From NCBI GenBank assembly GCA_025060395.1, contig JANXCC010000002.1:102234-166233 (forward strand): a stretch of DNA of 64,000 nt, given 5' to 3'. The number at the start of each line of letters is the position of its first letter. Within the stretch, counting starts at the first letter, position 1. The DNA is from Candidatus Bipolaricaulota bacterium. GTDB taxonomy: Bacteria > Bipolaricaulota > Bipolaricaulia > RBG-16-55-9 > DRXL01. Shown here one piece after another: positions 45,553 through 55,795 of this stretch. A program made the position numbers and the translations under genes. The notes under the pieces are model-generated. The model saw nothing but the letters and a program-made list of their open reading frames with translations, had not been told where the DNA came from and did no database searches.

Positions 45553-46572
45553 ATGCGTTACCGCGACGCCGGTGTCGACCTAGACCAAGCCGACCAGCTC
45601 GTCGAGCTGATTAAGAGACTCAATCCCAAGGGCAGGGCTCAGATCGGCCCCTTTGCCGGGCTGTTCGAGCTCACAGCGATTCTCCAAGAGTATACAGACC
45701 CCGTCCTAGTGAGTTCTACCGACGGCATCGGCACCAAGACGAGAATCGCTCTTGAATACAGAAGATTTGACGGCCTGGGCCAAGATCTCGTAGCCATGAA
45801 CGTCAACGATTTAGTCTGTCTGGGAGCTAAGCCCTTGTTCTTCTTAGATTACTACGCAACGGCTCAGCTCGATCTGGAGATGAGCCGTGAGATCTTCGCG
45901 GGGCTGGTGAGAGCGTGTGACGAAGCCGGCTGCGTGCTGATCGGGGGTGAGACGGCGCAGCTTCGTGATCTTTTTGTGAGAGTCGATGATTTTGAGTTGG
46001 TCGGCTTTGTGGTGGGGATCGTTGAGCGCTCTCAGATCCCCAACCCAGAGCGAGTCGAGCCAGGAGATGTACTCATTGGGCTAGCGGCGAGCGGGCCGCA
46101 CTGCAACGGCTTCTCGCTCATCAGAAAGATCATAGAGAAAGAGAAGCTCGATTTGAGAAAGATCTATAGAGAGGCTGGGGAACGCCCCTTGGGGGAATTG
46201 CTCTTAGAGCCGATGCCGATCTACTCGAACGTTGTGCTCAGACTGTTTGAGAGATTTTCTGTCAAAGGGGCGGCTCACATCACTGGGGGAGGGATCTCTG
46301 GGAATCTCGTGCGCGCGCTCAACGACCGAGTCAATGCCGTCGTGCATAGGGGGAGTTGGCCAATCCCTCAGCTCTTTCGCGCGCTTCAGAGCTGGGGGGA
46401 GGTGCCAGAAGACGAACTCTGGGAGGTCTTCAATATGGGCCTAGGATTTATCGCAATCGTGCCCCAGGGCCAAGCCGATGCTGTGCTCCAGTTCCTCGAG
46501 AGCCAGGGGCAACGAGCCTATCGCGTTGGCGAGATCACCAGCGGGACCGGAGGGGTCGTCATCAAAAATTAA
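45553..46572 (+). CDS. purM: Phosphoribosylformylglycinamidine cyclo-ligase (AIR synthetase).
   Basis: It carries the PurM family pattern (DGIGTK, GGETA). Confidence 0.92.
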   Translation: MRYRDAGVDLDQADQLVELIKRLNPKGRAQIGPFAGLFELTAILQEYTDPVLVSSTDGIGTKTRIALEYRRFDGLGQDLVAMNVNDLVCLGAKPLFFLDYYATAQLDLEMSREIFAGLVRACDEAGCVLIGGETAQLRDLFVRVDDFELVGFVVGIVERSQIPNPERVEPGDVLIGLAASGPHCNGFSLIRKIIEKEKLDLRKIYREAGERPLGELLLEPMPIYSNVVLRLFERFSVKGAAHITGGGISGNLVRALNDRVNAVVHRGSWPIPQLFRALQSWGEVPEDELWEVFNMGLGFIAIVPQGQADAVLQFLESQGQRAYRVGEITSGTGGVVIKN

Positions 46573-46573
46573 T

Positions 46574-46608
46574 CCCCGGGGCATGTGAGCCCCGGGGATC
46601 TTCTCTTG
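46574..46608. terminator. Bidirectional terminator hairpin after purM.
   Basis: CCCCGGGGC-atgtga-GCCCCGGGG is followed by ATCTTCTCTTG. Confidence 0.65.
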
Positions 46609-46615
46609 CTGTGCG

Positions 46616-47311
46616 TTAACCACCCGTGCACGCCCAGTCGACTCTCGGCACTGCGACCTTACCCGTCACGAAATTGATATCCCGGTGAGCCCGACCCTCC
46701 CCACTGCCCTTGTGCTGGGTAGTGAGGTCGTCCGCATCGGAATACGCCAGATAGACCTCCATCCTCACCGGCACCGCTACGTCATACCGGTCCTGGGTAT
46801 ACAGCTTGCGCTGGAACTCGACGATAGTGAAGGTCGTGCCGCCCTCGACGATCTCCCGACCCGCGGCTTTGGCTATGTCATTCTTGCCCCCAAAAGCCGT
46901 GTCGGGCTTATGGCCGAAGTTCCCATCGGCGTAGCTGTCTTCGATGGTGAGCTTATTCCCCTCGGTCACATAGCCAATGACTATATCAGCCACGCCGGCC
47001 TTCGGGTTAGCGCTCGTAGGCACCAGGGGCATCAACCCCCAGCCAACCCACCCCTTCGTCGGAGCCTTCAAGCCCACATAGATAAACTCCCCGTCAATGG
47101 TCCAGTACATGTCCATCTTGAACGTGGCTCCCGGCGTTCGCTTCGACGCATCGACCGTGCACCGATATTGGTACTCTCCAACGAGAATATCCCCATCTAT
47201 CACTGGTGGGTACTGGGACACAGCCGGTGTACCCCCCATGAACGCAGCGAAGACGCCTCCTAGAAGCACCAACATCGCCAACACAGCAAGCGGCCTATTG
47301 ATTTTCATCAT
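46616..47311 (-). CDS. Secreted protein with a DOMON/CBM9-like fold. This is a tentative call.
   Basis: It has a signal peptide and beta-rich composition with conserved aromatic residues. The family assignment is from weak pattern memory only. Confidence 0.5.
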   Translation of the reverse strand: MMKINRPLAVLAMLVLLGGVFAAFMGGTPAVSQYPPVIDGDILVGEYQYRCTVDASKRTPGATFKMDMYWTIDGEFIYVGLKAPTKGWVGWGLMPLVPTSANPKAGVADIVIGYVTEGNKLTIEDSYADGNFGHKPDTAFGGKNDIAKAAGREIVEGGTTFTIVEFQRKLYTQDRYDVAVPVRMEVYLAYSDADDLTTQHKGSGEGRAHRDINFVTGKVAVPRVDWACTGG

Positions 47312-47429
47312 TATTTCCTCCTTTCTTGATAGTGTTTTGCTCAGGAAAATTCCTTCCTCTAGTCATTGAGGGACTGAGGACCTCTAGGAAAAGTACTGGC
47401 GACGCCTTGGCCTATTGGTTGAAGAGCCC

Positions 47430-47458
47430 TTGACATCCTGCGCGCTTTGTGTCATAAT
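47430..47458 (+). promoter_or_regulatory. Sigma70-type promoter for leuS, TTGACA-17-CATAAT, followed by a roughly 170-nt structured leader.
   Basis: The hexamers were read directly. A leader hairpin CTCCGTGCC-tgaaca-GGCACGGAG lies at 47508..47531. Confidence 0.5.
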
Positions 47459-47630
47459 TCTGGCGTGAATCCTATAACCGTCCTACAACAGACGCTGATA
47501 CTCCTGCTGCTCCGTGCCTGAACAGGCACGGAGACCTCCGCACTTGATTCTCTCTCACTCTTTCAGCGAAAATACTCCCAACTGACAAACTGAAAACTGT
47601 CCAACTCAGAACTGAACAGCGAGGTGCCCT

Positions 47631-50201
47631 ATGCCAAGGATTGCCAAATACGACTTCAAGAAGATCGAAAAGCGCTGGAAGGACTTCTGGGACAAGCAAG
47701 GGTTCTTCAAGGTCGACACCAACCACACCGAGAAGAAGTTCTACTATCTGAATATGTTCCCGTACCCATCAGGGGTCCTGCACGTGGGCCACGGACGAAA
47801 TTATATTATTGGAGATGCGTTTGCCCGCTACAAGAAGATGCAGGGGTTCAACGTCCTCAACCCGATGGGCTTCGATGCGTTTGGGCTGCCCGCCGAGAAC
47901 GCCGCTATCGAGAACAAGACCCACCCCAGAGACTGGACCATTGCCAACATCGAGGGGATGAAAAAACAATTTCGGGACTGGGGTATCGTCTACGACTGGG
48001 ACCGCGAGATCCGTACCTGCGAGCCCGATTATTATAAATGGAACCAATGGTTCTTCTTGCAGTTCTACAAACACGGCTTGGCCTATCGCGCTGATGCCGT
48101 GGCCAACTGGTGCCCCGGCTGCGAGACCGTCTTAGCCAATGAGCAAGTCATAGACGGCCGCTGTGAGCGCTGCGACTCTCTTGTAGAAAAGCGCAAGCTC
48201 ACCCAATGGTTCTTCAAGATCACTCAATACGCTGAGGAGCTGCTCAAAGACTTAGAGAAGTTAGAGCACTGGCCGGAGCGGGTCAAGAAGATGCAGTATA
48301 ATTGGATCGGCCGGAGCGAAGGCGTCGAGGCCGACTTCGCCATTGAGGGATCATCCCATATCCTGAAGATCTTCACGACCCGTCCCGACACGATCTTCGG
48401 CGTGACATTTATGGCGATCGCGCCGGAGCACCCGCTGGTAGAAGAGTTTCTCGCCCACGAGCCCGATCCGCACCGGCGCGCCCAGATGGCGGAATTCGTC
48501 CAAAGAGCCCTGCAGCAAGGAGAGATCGCTCGCGGTGCCGTCACCGTTGAGAAGGAGGGCTTCTTCACGGGACACTACGCGATCAATCCCGTCAACAACG
48601 AGAGGGTCCCCATCTATATCGCGAATTATGTGCTGATGGAGTACGGCACCGGGGCGATCATGGGGGTGCCCGCTCATGACCAGCGCGATTTTGAATTTGC
48701 CAAAAAGTACGGCCTTGAAATCCGAAGGGTGATCGAGAGCGAAGAGAGCAAGGGCGAGCTGACGGCAGCGTTTGAGGGTGAGGGCTGGCTCGTCAACTCC
48801 GGACAGTTTAATGGGCTCTCAAGCCGCGAAGCCTTCCGTAAGATTGGGGAGTTCTTAGAATCACGTGGGCAGGGGCGCTTTGCCGTCAAGTATAAGCTGC
48901 GAGACTGGCTCATCTCGCGCCAGCGCTATTGGGGTACTCCCATTCCCATGATCCACTGTGAGCGTTGCGGGATCGTCCCCGTGCCCGAAAGCGAGCTCCC
49001 TGTCTTGCTCCCCAATGTGCCGTTCATCGGCAAGAAGGGCTTAGCCGAGATCCCAGAGTTCTACCAGACGACCTGTCCGCAATGTAAAGGTCCCGCCAAG
49101 CGCGATACCGACACGATGGATACCTTCGTCGATTCGAGTTGGTATTTCTTACGCTTTGTCTCGCCACATGAGCAGACACGGCCGTTCGACCCCGACGCCG
49201 TCAATCGGTGGCTCCCAGTCGATCAGTATGTGGGTGGGGTTGAGCACGCGATCTTGCATCTGCTCTATTCGCGCTTCTTTACGAAAGCCCTGCGCGATAT
49301 GGGACTGGTGAAGTTCGACGAGCCGTTTGCGCGGCTCTTCACCCAAGGGATCATCAAGCATCTGGCGTATCGCTGCCCAGAGCACAATTGGATCCATCCC
49401 AGCGAGGTCAAGGAGGACAATAAGTGCCCCCACTGCGGGCGCGAGCTCAAAGTAGACTTGCACAAGATGTCCAAGTCCAAGCGCAACACGATCTCCCCCC
49501 AACACGTGATCGACGAATACGGAGCCGACACCGAACGGCTCTACACGCTCTTCATGGGGCCTCCAGAGAAAGACATCGAATGGACGGACGAGGGCGTGCG
49601 CGGGAGCTTTCGCTTCTTAAATCGCGTCTGGAATCTCGTGCTCTCGCAGGCGCGCAAGCTCACCGACGCTGGCGAGCTGAATCCAGCTCAGTTCACTGAG
49701 CGTGAGCGGACAGTCTGGCAGAAGCTCCACCAGACGATAAAATCCGTGACCGAAGACATCGAGCAGTTTCATTTTAACACGGCCATCTCGGCGATCATGG
49801 GGCTGACCAACGAGCTGACCGACTATGTGGCCGAGAACCCCAAGAAGATCAATAAAGCGCTGATGAAGCATGCGCTGGAGAACTTGGTCTTAATCATGTC
49901 CCCGTTTACGCCGTTCATCTGCGAAGAGCTGTGGAGGCGACTTGGACACGATGATGCTGTGCTGGAGCAGCGCTGGCCAAGCTACAATTCCCAGGCGTTG
50001 CAGGCGGCAGAGCGCGAGATCGTCGTTCAAATCAACGGCAAGGTGCGAGCTCGCTTCACCGTTCCTGCCGAGCTCAGTGAAGATCGCGCGGAGCTGGAGA
50101 AGCGCGCTCTAGCGCAGATTCAGGGACGTTTGGATGGCGAGCAAGTCGTCAAAGTGATTGTTGTCCCTGGGCGATTGGTCAATATAGTCGTGAAGAAATA
50201 G
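47631..50201 (+). CDS. leuS: Leucine--tRNA ligase.
   Basis: It has the HVGHGRNY (HIGH) and KMSKS motifs and is 856 aa, conserved over its full length. Confidence 0.95.
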   Translation: MPRIAKYDFKKIEKRWKDFWDKQGFFKVDTNHTEKKFYYLNMFPYPSGVLHVGHGRNYIIGDAFARYKKMQGFNVLNPMGFDAFGLPAENAAIENKTHPRDWTIANIEGMKKQFRDWGIVYDWDREIRTCEPDYYKWNQWFFLQFYKHGLAYRADAVANWCPGCETVLANEQVIDGRCERCDSLVEKRKLTQWFFKITQYAEELLKDLEKLEHWPERVKKMQYNWIGRSEGVEADFAIEGSSHILKIFTTRPDTIFGVTFMAIAPEHPLVEEFLAHEPDPHRRAQMAEFVQRALQQGEIARGAVTVEKEGFFTGHYAINPVNNERVPIYIANYVLMEYGTGAIMGVPAHDQRDFEFAKKYGLEIRRVIESEESKGELTAAFEGEGWLVNSGQFNGLSSREAFRKIGEFLESRGQGRFAVKYKLRDWLISRQRYWGTPIPMIHCERCGIVPVPESELPVLLPNVPFIGKKGLAEIPEFYQTTCPQCKGPAKRDTDTMDTFVDSSWYFLRFVSPHEQTRPFDPDAVNRWLPVDQYVGGVEHAILHLLYSRFFTKALRDMGLVKFDEPFARLFTQGIIKHLAYRCPEHNWIHPSEVKEDNKCPHCGRELKVDLHKMSKSKRNTISPQHVIDEYGADTERLYTLFMGPPEKDIEWTDEGVRGSFRFLNRVWNLVLSQARKLTDAGELNPAQFTERERTVWQKLHQTIKSVTEDIEQFHFNTAISAIMGLTNELTDYVAENPKKINKALMKHALENLVLIMSPFTPFICEELWRRLGHDDAVLEQRWPSYNSQALQAAEREIVVQINGKVRARFTVPAELSEDRAELEKRALAQIQGRLDGEQVVKVIVVPGRLVNIVVKK

Positions 50202-50224
50202 AATTGAAAAGGGAGGTGTATCCC

Positions 50225-51262
50225 ATGCGGAAGAGCAGCTGGGTCAAGCTCGGAATTGCTGTCGGGGTAGCGTGCGTGCTTGGGCTCGGATGGGCCTTAG
50301 CTGCACCGCGTGTGCAAGACGTGCAACTGGAGATCCCTCTCTATGAGGGGGCGCAGGTCAAGTGGGAAGTACATCTGACAGAGCAAGAGATGGCTAAGAG
50401 CCTGGCCGAGTGGGCCCAAGAGCTGTCGGTGCTCAAGATTGCTGGTTATACGATTGCGGGCGAGCGTGCTCTGGAAGTGCTCAACTTCTACGATCAGACG
50501 CTGAGCGGGTGGAGGCGAATCCTCTGGACCCAGCCCACCGAATCGGGCGGAGCACGGGTCTTTGCGAGAGATCAGATCTCCATTGCGCAAGATGTTTTTC
50601 GGAAACTTGCGCTTGCGCTAGGCAAGCAGGTGCAGGTCGGATCGATCCAAGTCGTTGGAATGAACAGAGTGCAATCCTTGCCAAACTATCTCTTCATTGC
50701 GGTTTCAAAGCGATACAAGGCGACTGATCTGATCGTTGTCACGGCACAAGTCATCGAGGATCTGGACGTGCCGATCTTTGAAGGCGCGGAGCTCCAGTGG
50801 GAGGTCGTGCTCACTAAGAACGATCTTTTAGGGCATCTGGCCCGTTGGTTTGGGAATCTCATGGAGAATCCCCCGCTCGCGATGAGAATGCGGATCTGGG
50901 AGCAGCCAGAGCGCCCTCAAGACTCCCTTACACAATTGATGGGATGGCTGGGGATTCTGGGAATCGAGTTGGTCTCTCGGCTCTTCACCGATTTCTCTGA
51001 GCTGCGCGTCGTGGGCTATGGGCTCGATGGGGACAAAGCTCTCGATGTGTTACGTTTTTATGAGCAGCACTTTAGTGAGTGGATCCGCAACTTCTGGGCT
51101 AAGCCTGAAGAATCCGGAGGTGTGCGGGTCTTCAGTCAAGGAAGCGCGGAAGGTCTCAGAGAATTAGCCTTGATCATGAGCCAGCGCTCCCTGGAGTTCC
51201 GTGAGGACCTCCAGCGCCATCAGGAGACCACCTGGGTAATTGTGCTGCACGCGCGACGCTAG
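50225..51262 (+). CDS. Secreted protein with an internal tandem duplication.
   Basis: It has a signal peptide. Two homologous halves each carry IPxxEGAxxxWEVxLT...ALxVLxFY...GGxRVF. The start was trimmed to the Met after AAGGGAGG. Confidence 0.6.
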   Translation: MRKSSWVKLGIAVGVACVLGLGWALAAPRVQDVQLEIPLYEGAQVKWEVHLTEQEMAKSLAEWAQELSVLKIAGYTIAGERALEVLNFYDQTLSGWRRILWTQPTESGGARVFARDQISIAQDVFRKLALALGKQVQVGSIQVVGMNRVQSLPNYLFIAVSKRYKATDLIVVTAQVIEDLDVPIFEGAELQWEVVLTKNDLLGHLARWFGNLMENPPLAMRMRIWEQPERPQDSLTQLMGWLGILGIELVSRLFTDFSELRVVGYGLDGDKALDVLRFYEQHFSEWIRNFWAKPEESGGVRVFSQGSAEGLRELALIMSQRSLEFREDLQRHQETTWVIVLHARR

Positions 51263-51807
51263 CTTCGTGAGTATCTTCCCATGAGCTCGGCTTGGGCGAG
51301 GATGTGTCCCTCCATCGCCTTGAGCAGCTCGTCTTTGGTTGCTCCAGAGGCGAGCGTGAGCACCGTATCGAGCGCGTAGAGTTTAAAGAAATATCTATGG
51401 GTGCCACTGGGTGGGCACGGCCCGCCATAGCCGATTCTTCTCCAACTGTTGCGCCCTTGGCGGCTCCCGTCGGGAAGATCTGCGTCCTTGGGAACGCCCT
51501 CGGCTAGGCTGCGTGCTGTCGCTGGGATGTTGTAGATCACCCAATGGACCCACGTGCCCATCGGTGCATCGGGGTCATCCATGATCAGTGCGAAGCTTCG
51601 GGTCTTCTCTGGAGGGTCGCTCCAGCTTAGCGGCGGTGAGATGTCCTTGCCATCACACGTATAGTCTTTAGGGATCATCGCCCCGTGAGTGAATGCCGTG
51701 CTTGTCAAAGTCATCATCACAGGCCCTCCTTTCTGTTGAGGAGTTTTCTCGCTTGGGCATCCTGTCAACAATAGGCCGACAAGCGTAAAGAGCATAGCGT
51801 ATCTCAT
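51259..51807 (-). CDS. PEBP/YbhB/YbcL-family lipoprotein.
   Basis: It has a lipoprotein signal (LLLTGC) and the PEBP motifs DPDAP...H, GYxGPxPPxGxHRY. The ORF was trimmed to Met at 51807. Confidence 0.8.
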   Translation of the reverse strand: MRYAMLFTLVGLLLTGCPSEKTPQQKGGPVMMTLTSTAFTHGAMIPKDYTCDGKDISPPLSWSDPPEKTRSFALIMDDPDAPMGTWVHWVIYNIPATARSLAEGVPKDADLPDGSRQGRNSWRRIGYGGPCPPSGTHRYFFKLYALDTVLTLASGATKDELLKAMEGHILAQAELMGRYSRS

Positions 51808-52568
51808 AGTTGTTTGTCTAAGAAGATCTCTGTTGCTTGGACAGCAACTTGGATCGCATGGATTTCTGCGCGCTGAAGGCTTTCCGGAGTGATCTGCTCT
51901 TGTGTTGGCGTGTCTACAACGCCGCAGACGCAGCCGGCGCGCAGCCCCAGCGTGCTGCACATCGTGAGCAACGTAGCGGCTTCCATCTCGTAGTTGAGCA
52001 CGCCTAGGCGTTGCCATTCGCTCTTCGTTCCACGCAGATCTCTGATAATATACTGACTGAACGAGTCTGAGCGCTCTTGGCCGGGGTAAAACGTCGCCGA
52101 CGAACACGTGACCCCGACGTGATAGGGAATCTTGAGTCTTTGGGCAGCCTCGACGAGCGCCCATACTAAGTTATAATCAGCGACAGCTGGGTATTCTATT
52201 GGCGCATAGTGCGCCGAAGCGCCGTCAAGACGCACAGCTCCGGTAGTGATGACCACGTCGCCCATATTGATATGGTGTTGGAGTGCGCCCGTCGTTCCAA
52301 CACGGAGAAAGATTCTCACACCAAGCTGCGCAAGCTCTTCGACGGCGATCGCTGTTGAAGGCCCGCCGATTCCCGTCGACGTGATCACGACGGGCCTATC
52401 TTTGATATGCCCAAGCCATGTGCAGAACTCGCGATGGGACGCGACGAAGCGTCCGCGCTCGGCCATCCGAGCAATCTTCTCCACCCGTGCGGGATCGCCA
52501 GGGAGGAGGGCGATCTGGGCTCCCGCAATCTCCCTCTCGCTCAAGCCGAGATGGTATAGGCGTGGCAT
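51804..52568 (-). CDS. Nucleoside phosphorylase (PNP/UDP family 1, DeoD/Udp-like).
   Basis: It carries the family pattern (GIGGPS, TTGA.RLDG, YEMEAA). Confidence 0.82.
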   Translation of the reverse strand: MPRLYHLGLSEREIAGAQIALLPGDPARVEKIARMAERGRFVASHREFCTWLGHIKDRPVVITSTGIGGPSTAIAVEELAQLGVRIFLRVGTTGALQHHINMGDVVITTGAVRLDGASAHYAPIEYPAVADYNLVWALVEAAQRLKIPYHVGVTCSSATFYPGQERSDSFSQYIIRDLRGTKSEWQRLGVLNYEMEAATLLTMCSTLGLRAGCVCGVVDTPTQEQITPESLQRAEIHAIQVAVQATEIFLDKQL

Positions 52569-52597
52569 CGCTCCTCCCCCCGACGATCGTTGTGCTC

Positions 52598-52882
52598 TTA
52601 GCGAGTCTTAGAGACCAATTGCTTGAACTTGCGGCCGGCCTTGAACTTGGGCACGCGCTTGGCCGGGACGTCTATGGGTTGACGGGTGCGGGGATTGAAG
52701 CGCCGTGCCGCCTTACGCGTTACGGCTTGGAATGTCCCAAACCGTGCGAGCGTGACTGAATCCCCACGGGCGACCGCTTCCATAATTACATTGAGCATTG
52801 CGTCGATAGCACGCCTGGCTGCGGTCTTTGAGGGCAGCTTGGCTTGCTTAGCTACCAGCTCCGCCAGATCGCTCTTGTTCAT
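52598..52882 (-). CDS. hup: DNA-binding protein HU.
   Basis: It is a 94-aa protein with the HU/IHF signature (RFGTF, GRNPRT-like RFNPRTRQPI). Confidence 0.92.
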   Translation of the reverse strand: MNKSDLAELVAKQAKLPSKTAARRAIDAMLNVIMEAVARGDSVTLARFGTFQAVTRKAARRFNPRTRQPIDVPAKRVPKFKAGRKFKQLVSKTR

Positions 52883-52976
52883 CTTGTCTCACCTCCTCTC
52901 TTTTGCGTTTTATTATAATGATTTTCCGACCCTTTGACCAATTGATCTATTCAGATGAGCTGGGTATACTGACACT

Positions 52977-53975
52977 ATGGCGCATGTGCAGTACGTCACA
53001 GATCTTGAAGGGCCGCTCACTCTCAACGATAATGCGTTTGAGCTCGCGGCGCACTTTCTCCCCAACGGCGCGCACTTCTTCGCGCTCATCAGCAGATACG
53101 ACGACGTCCTCGCCGACATCGTGAAGCGTTCGGGGTATCGAGCCGGCGACACGCTCAAGCTCATCGTCCCTTTTCTCAAAGCTTTTGGGTTGTGTGATCG
53201 CGATCTGAGGGAGTTCTCTCGCAAGACCCTGAAGCTCGTCCCCGGTGCTCGCGAGGCTCTGCGTCGCATCACTTTGCAAATGCCAACGTTTATTATCAGC
53301 ACGAGCTATGAGCCCTATGTGCGTGCTGTCTGCGATGCTTTCGAATTTCCCTTCGGGAATGCATACTGTACAAAGATCTCTCTGGACGCCTATGCGCTCT
53401 CAGCACAAGAGCGCCAGGAATTGCTCAATCTCTACAATCAGATTGTCGAGCGCCCTCAGATCGGGATTCCTTCGGGGGCTCGCAGTCTCGAGGAGCTCTC
53501 AGCGCGTGATCGCCAGACTGTCGAGTTTCTTGATAAGATCTTTTGGAAAAATATTTGGGGGATGGAGATCGGACGCGTCTTACGGGAGATTCAGCCTATC
53601 GGCGGCCCAGAGAAAGCGCGTGCTCTTAGAGAAATTGCCCAGCGTACAGGGATTGCGCTCGCGCAGACGATCTACGTTGGCGACAGCATCACCGATGTTG
53701 AAGCACTAGAGCTAGTCCGCCGTGAAGGAGGAATGGCTCTGGCATTCAACGGGAACGGCTATGCGTTACGTGCTGCGGAATTTGGGTGTGTCAGTGCAAA
53801 TGCGTTGATGCTCGCTGAGCTTGCGGAAGCGTTTGCCCAGGGGGGGCGTGAGCACGTGCTTCATCGTCGCTTTGAGCAAGCTGAACTTGCAGTCCAGGTA
53901 GACGATGCATTTATTGCCAGAAGTGAGCAGATGCGGCGCCGCTTGCGCGGCGAAGCGATTGGGAGCCTAGGATGA
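52977..53975 (+). CDS. HAD-superfamily-like hydrolase of unknown specificity.
   Basis: It has an N-terminal DLEGPLT (motif I-like) and a distal GDSITD motif. The promoter TTGATC-17-TATACT ends 7 nt before the ATG, so the transcript is probably leaderless. Confidence 0.55.
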   Translation: MAHVQYVTDLEGPLTLNDNAFELAAHFLPNGAHFFALISRYDDVLADIVKRSGYRAGDTLKLIVPFLKAFGLCDRDLREFSRKTLKLVPGAREALRRITLQMPTFIISTSYEPYVRAVCDAFEFPFGNAYCTKISLDAYALSAQERQELLNLYNQIVERPQIGIPSGARSLEELSARDRQTVEFLDKIFWKNIWGMEIGRVLREIQPIGGPEKARALREIAQRTGIALAQTIYVGDSITDVEALELVRREGGMALAFNGNGYALRAAEFGCVSANALMLAELAEAFAQGGREHVLHRRFEQAELAVQVDDAFIARSEQMRRRLRGEAIGSLG

Positions 53976-54886
53976 AGCGCTTTCGGTTTGGAATTCTCAC
54001 GTCACTCCACGACGATGACGCAGTCACGCTCTTGCGCGATCTTGATAGTGCTCTTGTGTCTGGGCGCATTACGGCTGACGTGCCGTGTGTACTCTGTAAC
54101 GTCCCAGAGCGTCCTTCAGATGACAAGCTAGCCCAGCGCGTTGCAGCTGTCAAGGCTCTCAAATCCCTGAAGAATTTGATCTTCTTCCCGTCGCGGGAGT
54201 TTCAGCCGGAGTTACGTGAGCAGGCTCGCAAAGATCCTGCACTTTTGGCGCGCTGGCGCATGGAACACGACCGCGCGGTGTTACAGCTTTTGCCCCAAGA
54301 CACAAAGCTCTATCTCTCTGTCGGGTATATGCAGATTCTCAGCTCAGAGATTTTGAATGCGCTCGATGTGCTCAATCTCCATCCAGCGATCCCCCAGATC
54401 GGCCCCATCGGGATGTGGACCAAAGTGATGGAGGAGCAAGCCGAGCGCCCACTACCCTATCTGCTGGCCGTGCCACACGAGCACTTAGCTCAAGAGATCC
54501 CCAAAATTATGAGCATAAGCCATCTCAAGGCTGGGGGAATGCTGCACATCGCGACGGAGCAGACAGATCGTGGGCCGGTCATCTCCTGGTACGAGTTCCC
54601 GCTCAGCTCAGAGCGTCTGACTCGACTGTGGCTCGAAGTGACCGCGCTGGTGCGAGCGCATGGCTTAGAGCACGTCAAGCGAGAGCCCGTTTGGAAAGAG
54701 CTGATCCGGCAAATCCGGCGCGAGCAATTTGCGGGCGAGACGCCGCTGATCGTCTTAACCCTAGAGAAGCTTTCCCAAGGGCTGTGGGAGATCAAAGAGA
54801 GAACGCTCCACATTGAGGGGCGGCCCTATCCCTACGGGTACTGTCTCAATCGCGAGCTCGCGGCCTTCAGCCGCCCACCCAACTGA
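53972..54886 (+). CDS. Formyltransferase-fold protein, a divergent PurN-like candidate.
   Basis: The N-terminal FGILTS block, a central LNLHPAIP segment (compare PurN NIHPSLLP) and a TDRGPVI segment (compare PurN DGGPVI) indicate the fold. The fit to canonical PurN is poor. Confidence 0.5.
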   Translation: MKRFRFGILTSLHDDDAVTLLRDLDSALVSGRITADVPCVLCNVPERPSDDKLAQRVAAVKALKSLKNLIFFPSREFQPELREQARKDPALLARWRMEHDRAVLQLLPQDTKLYLSVGYMQILSSEILNALDVLNLHPAIPQIGPIGMWTKVMEEQAERPLPYLLAVPHEHLAQEIPKIMSISHLKAGGMLHIATEQTDRGPVISWYEFPLSSERLTRLWLEVTALVRAHGLEHVKREPVWKELIRQIRREQFAGETPLIVLTLEKLSQGLWEIKERTLHIEGRPYPYGYCLNRELAAFSRPPN

Positions 54887-55743
54887 CCAACGGCGAGTTT
54901 GGCAAGCCGTGCCCCAAGCTCCGCGCATTCGCGCAGCTCGCGCTCTTCAAAGAGCCCGTAGAGAAAGCCCGCAGCGAATGCGTCTCCTGCGCCGGTCGTG
55001 TCTATGACTTTTCTGACGTGCGGCGCTTCGACCCTATGCGCATGCTTCCCGTCCGTGACGTAGCTGCCCTCGGCTCCCAATGTTACTGCGACGATCTGCG
55101 GCCCGGCCTTGAGAAGCGACCGTGTCCCAATCTCTAAATCGTCGGTGTGCACCAAGAGCTTCAGCTCGCGCCGGTTGAGAAAGAGCACGTGCGTTCTCTT
55201 TAATAAAGGGAAAAGTGTTCGCAGACCCCGCCGCACCAAGAGTGCCCCCGGCGCAAAACTCACGAGCGTCTTGGGCGAGAGCGCGCGCACCAACTCGCAC
55301 TGGATTACCCATTGCTCCTCCCCAACAAACGACGAGAGGTGCACCCATTGAGCCCGAGCGACATAGCTGAAGTCTACATCGGCTTTGCGTAGAAGGCTAT
55401 TCGCTCCTGGCTCAATATACAGGGTGCGTCGCCCTTGGGCATCTATGAAGCCTAGAACACGCCCGGTCTTCGCCTTGGACTTGATCACGATCCCGGAAGT
55501 ATCTACACCGACGCTGCGAAAACTCTCGAGAAGAGTTCTTCCGGCGTCGTCATCGCCCACGGCGCCGAGAAAGCCCGCGCGCAGCCCAAGCTGCGCTAGA
55601 GCATAAATAGTATTCGCCGCTGAGCCCCCTGGATAAGCCCCGGCAAAGACGACTTCGCCCTCGTCGTCATCGAGTATTCGTTCGACACGGTAGAGTTCGT
55701 CGAGATTGAGCGCTCCAAAGCCGACGATATCGAATGCACGCAT
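54832..55743 (-). CDS. PfkB-family carbohydrate/nucleoside kinase.
   Basis: It has the ribokinase-like pattern (GGSAANT, DTTGAGDAF). Confidence 0.85.
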   Translation of the reverse strand: MRAFDIVGFGALNLDELYRVERILDDDEGEVVFAGAYPGGSAANTIYALAQLGLRAGFLGAVGDDDAGRTLLESFRSVGVDTSGIVIKSKAKTGRVLGFIDAQGRRTLYIEPGANSLLRKADVDFSYVARAQWVHLSSFVGEEQWVIQCELVRALSPKTLVSFAPGALLVRRGLRTLFPLLKRTHVLFLNRRELKLLVHTDDLEIGTRSLLKAGPQIVAVTLGAEGSYVTDGKHAHRVEAPHVRKVIDTTGAGDAFAAGFLYGLFEERELRECAELGARLAKLAVGQLGGRLKAASSRLRQYP

Positions 55744-55795
55744 GTCTCTATTCTACACATTTTGACACGACGCGCCGACTTCGGTAAGCTACATT

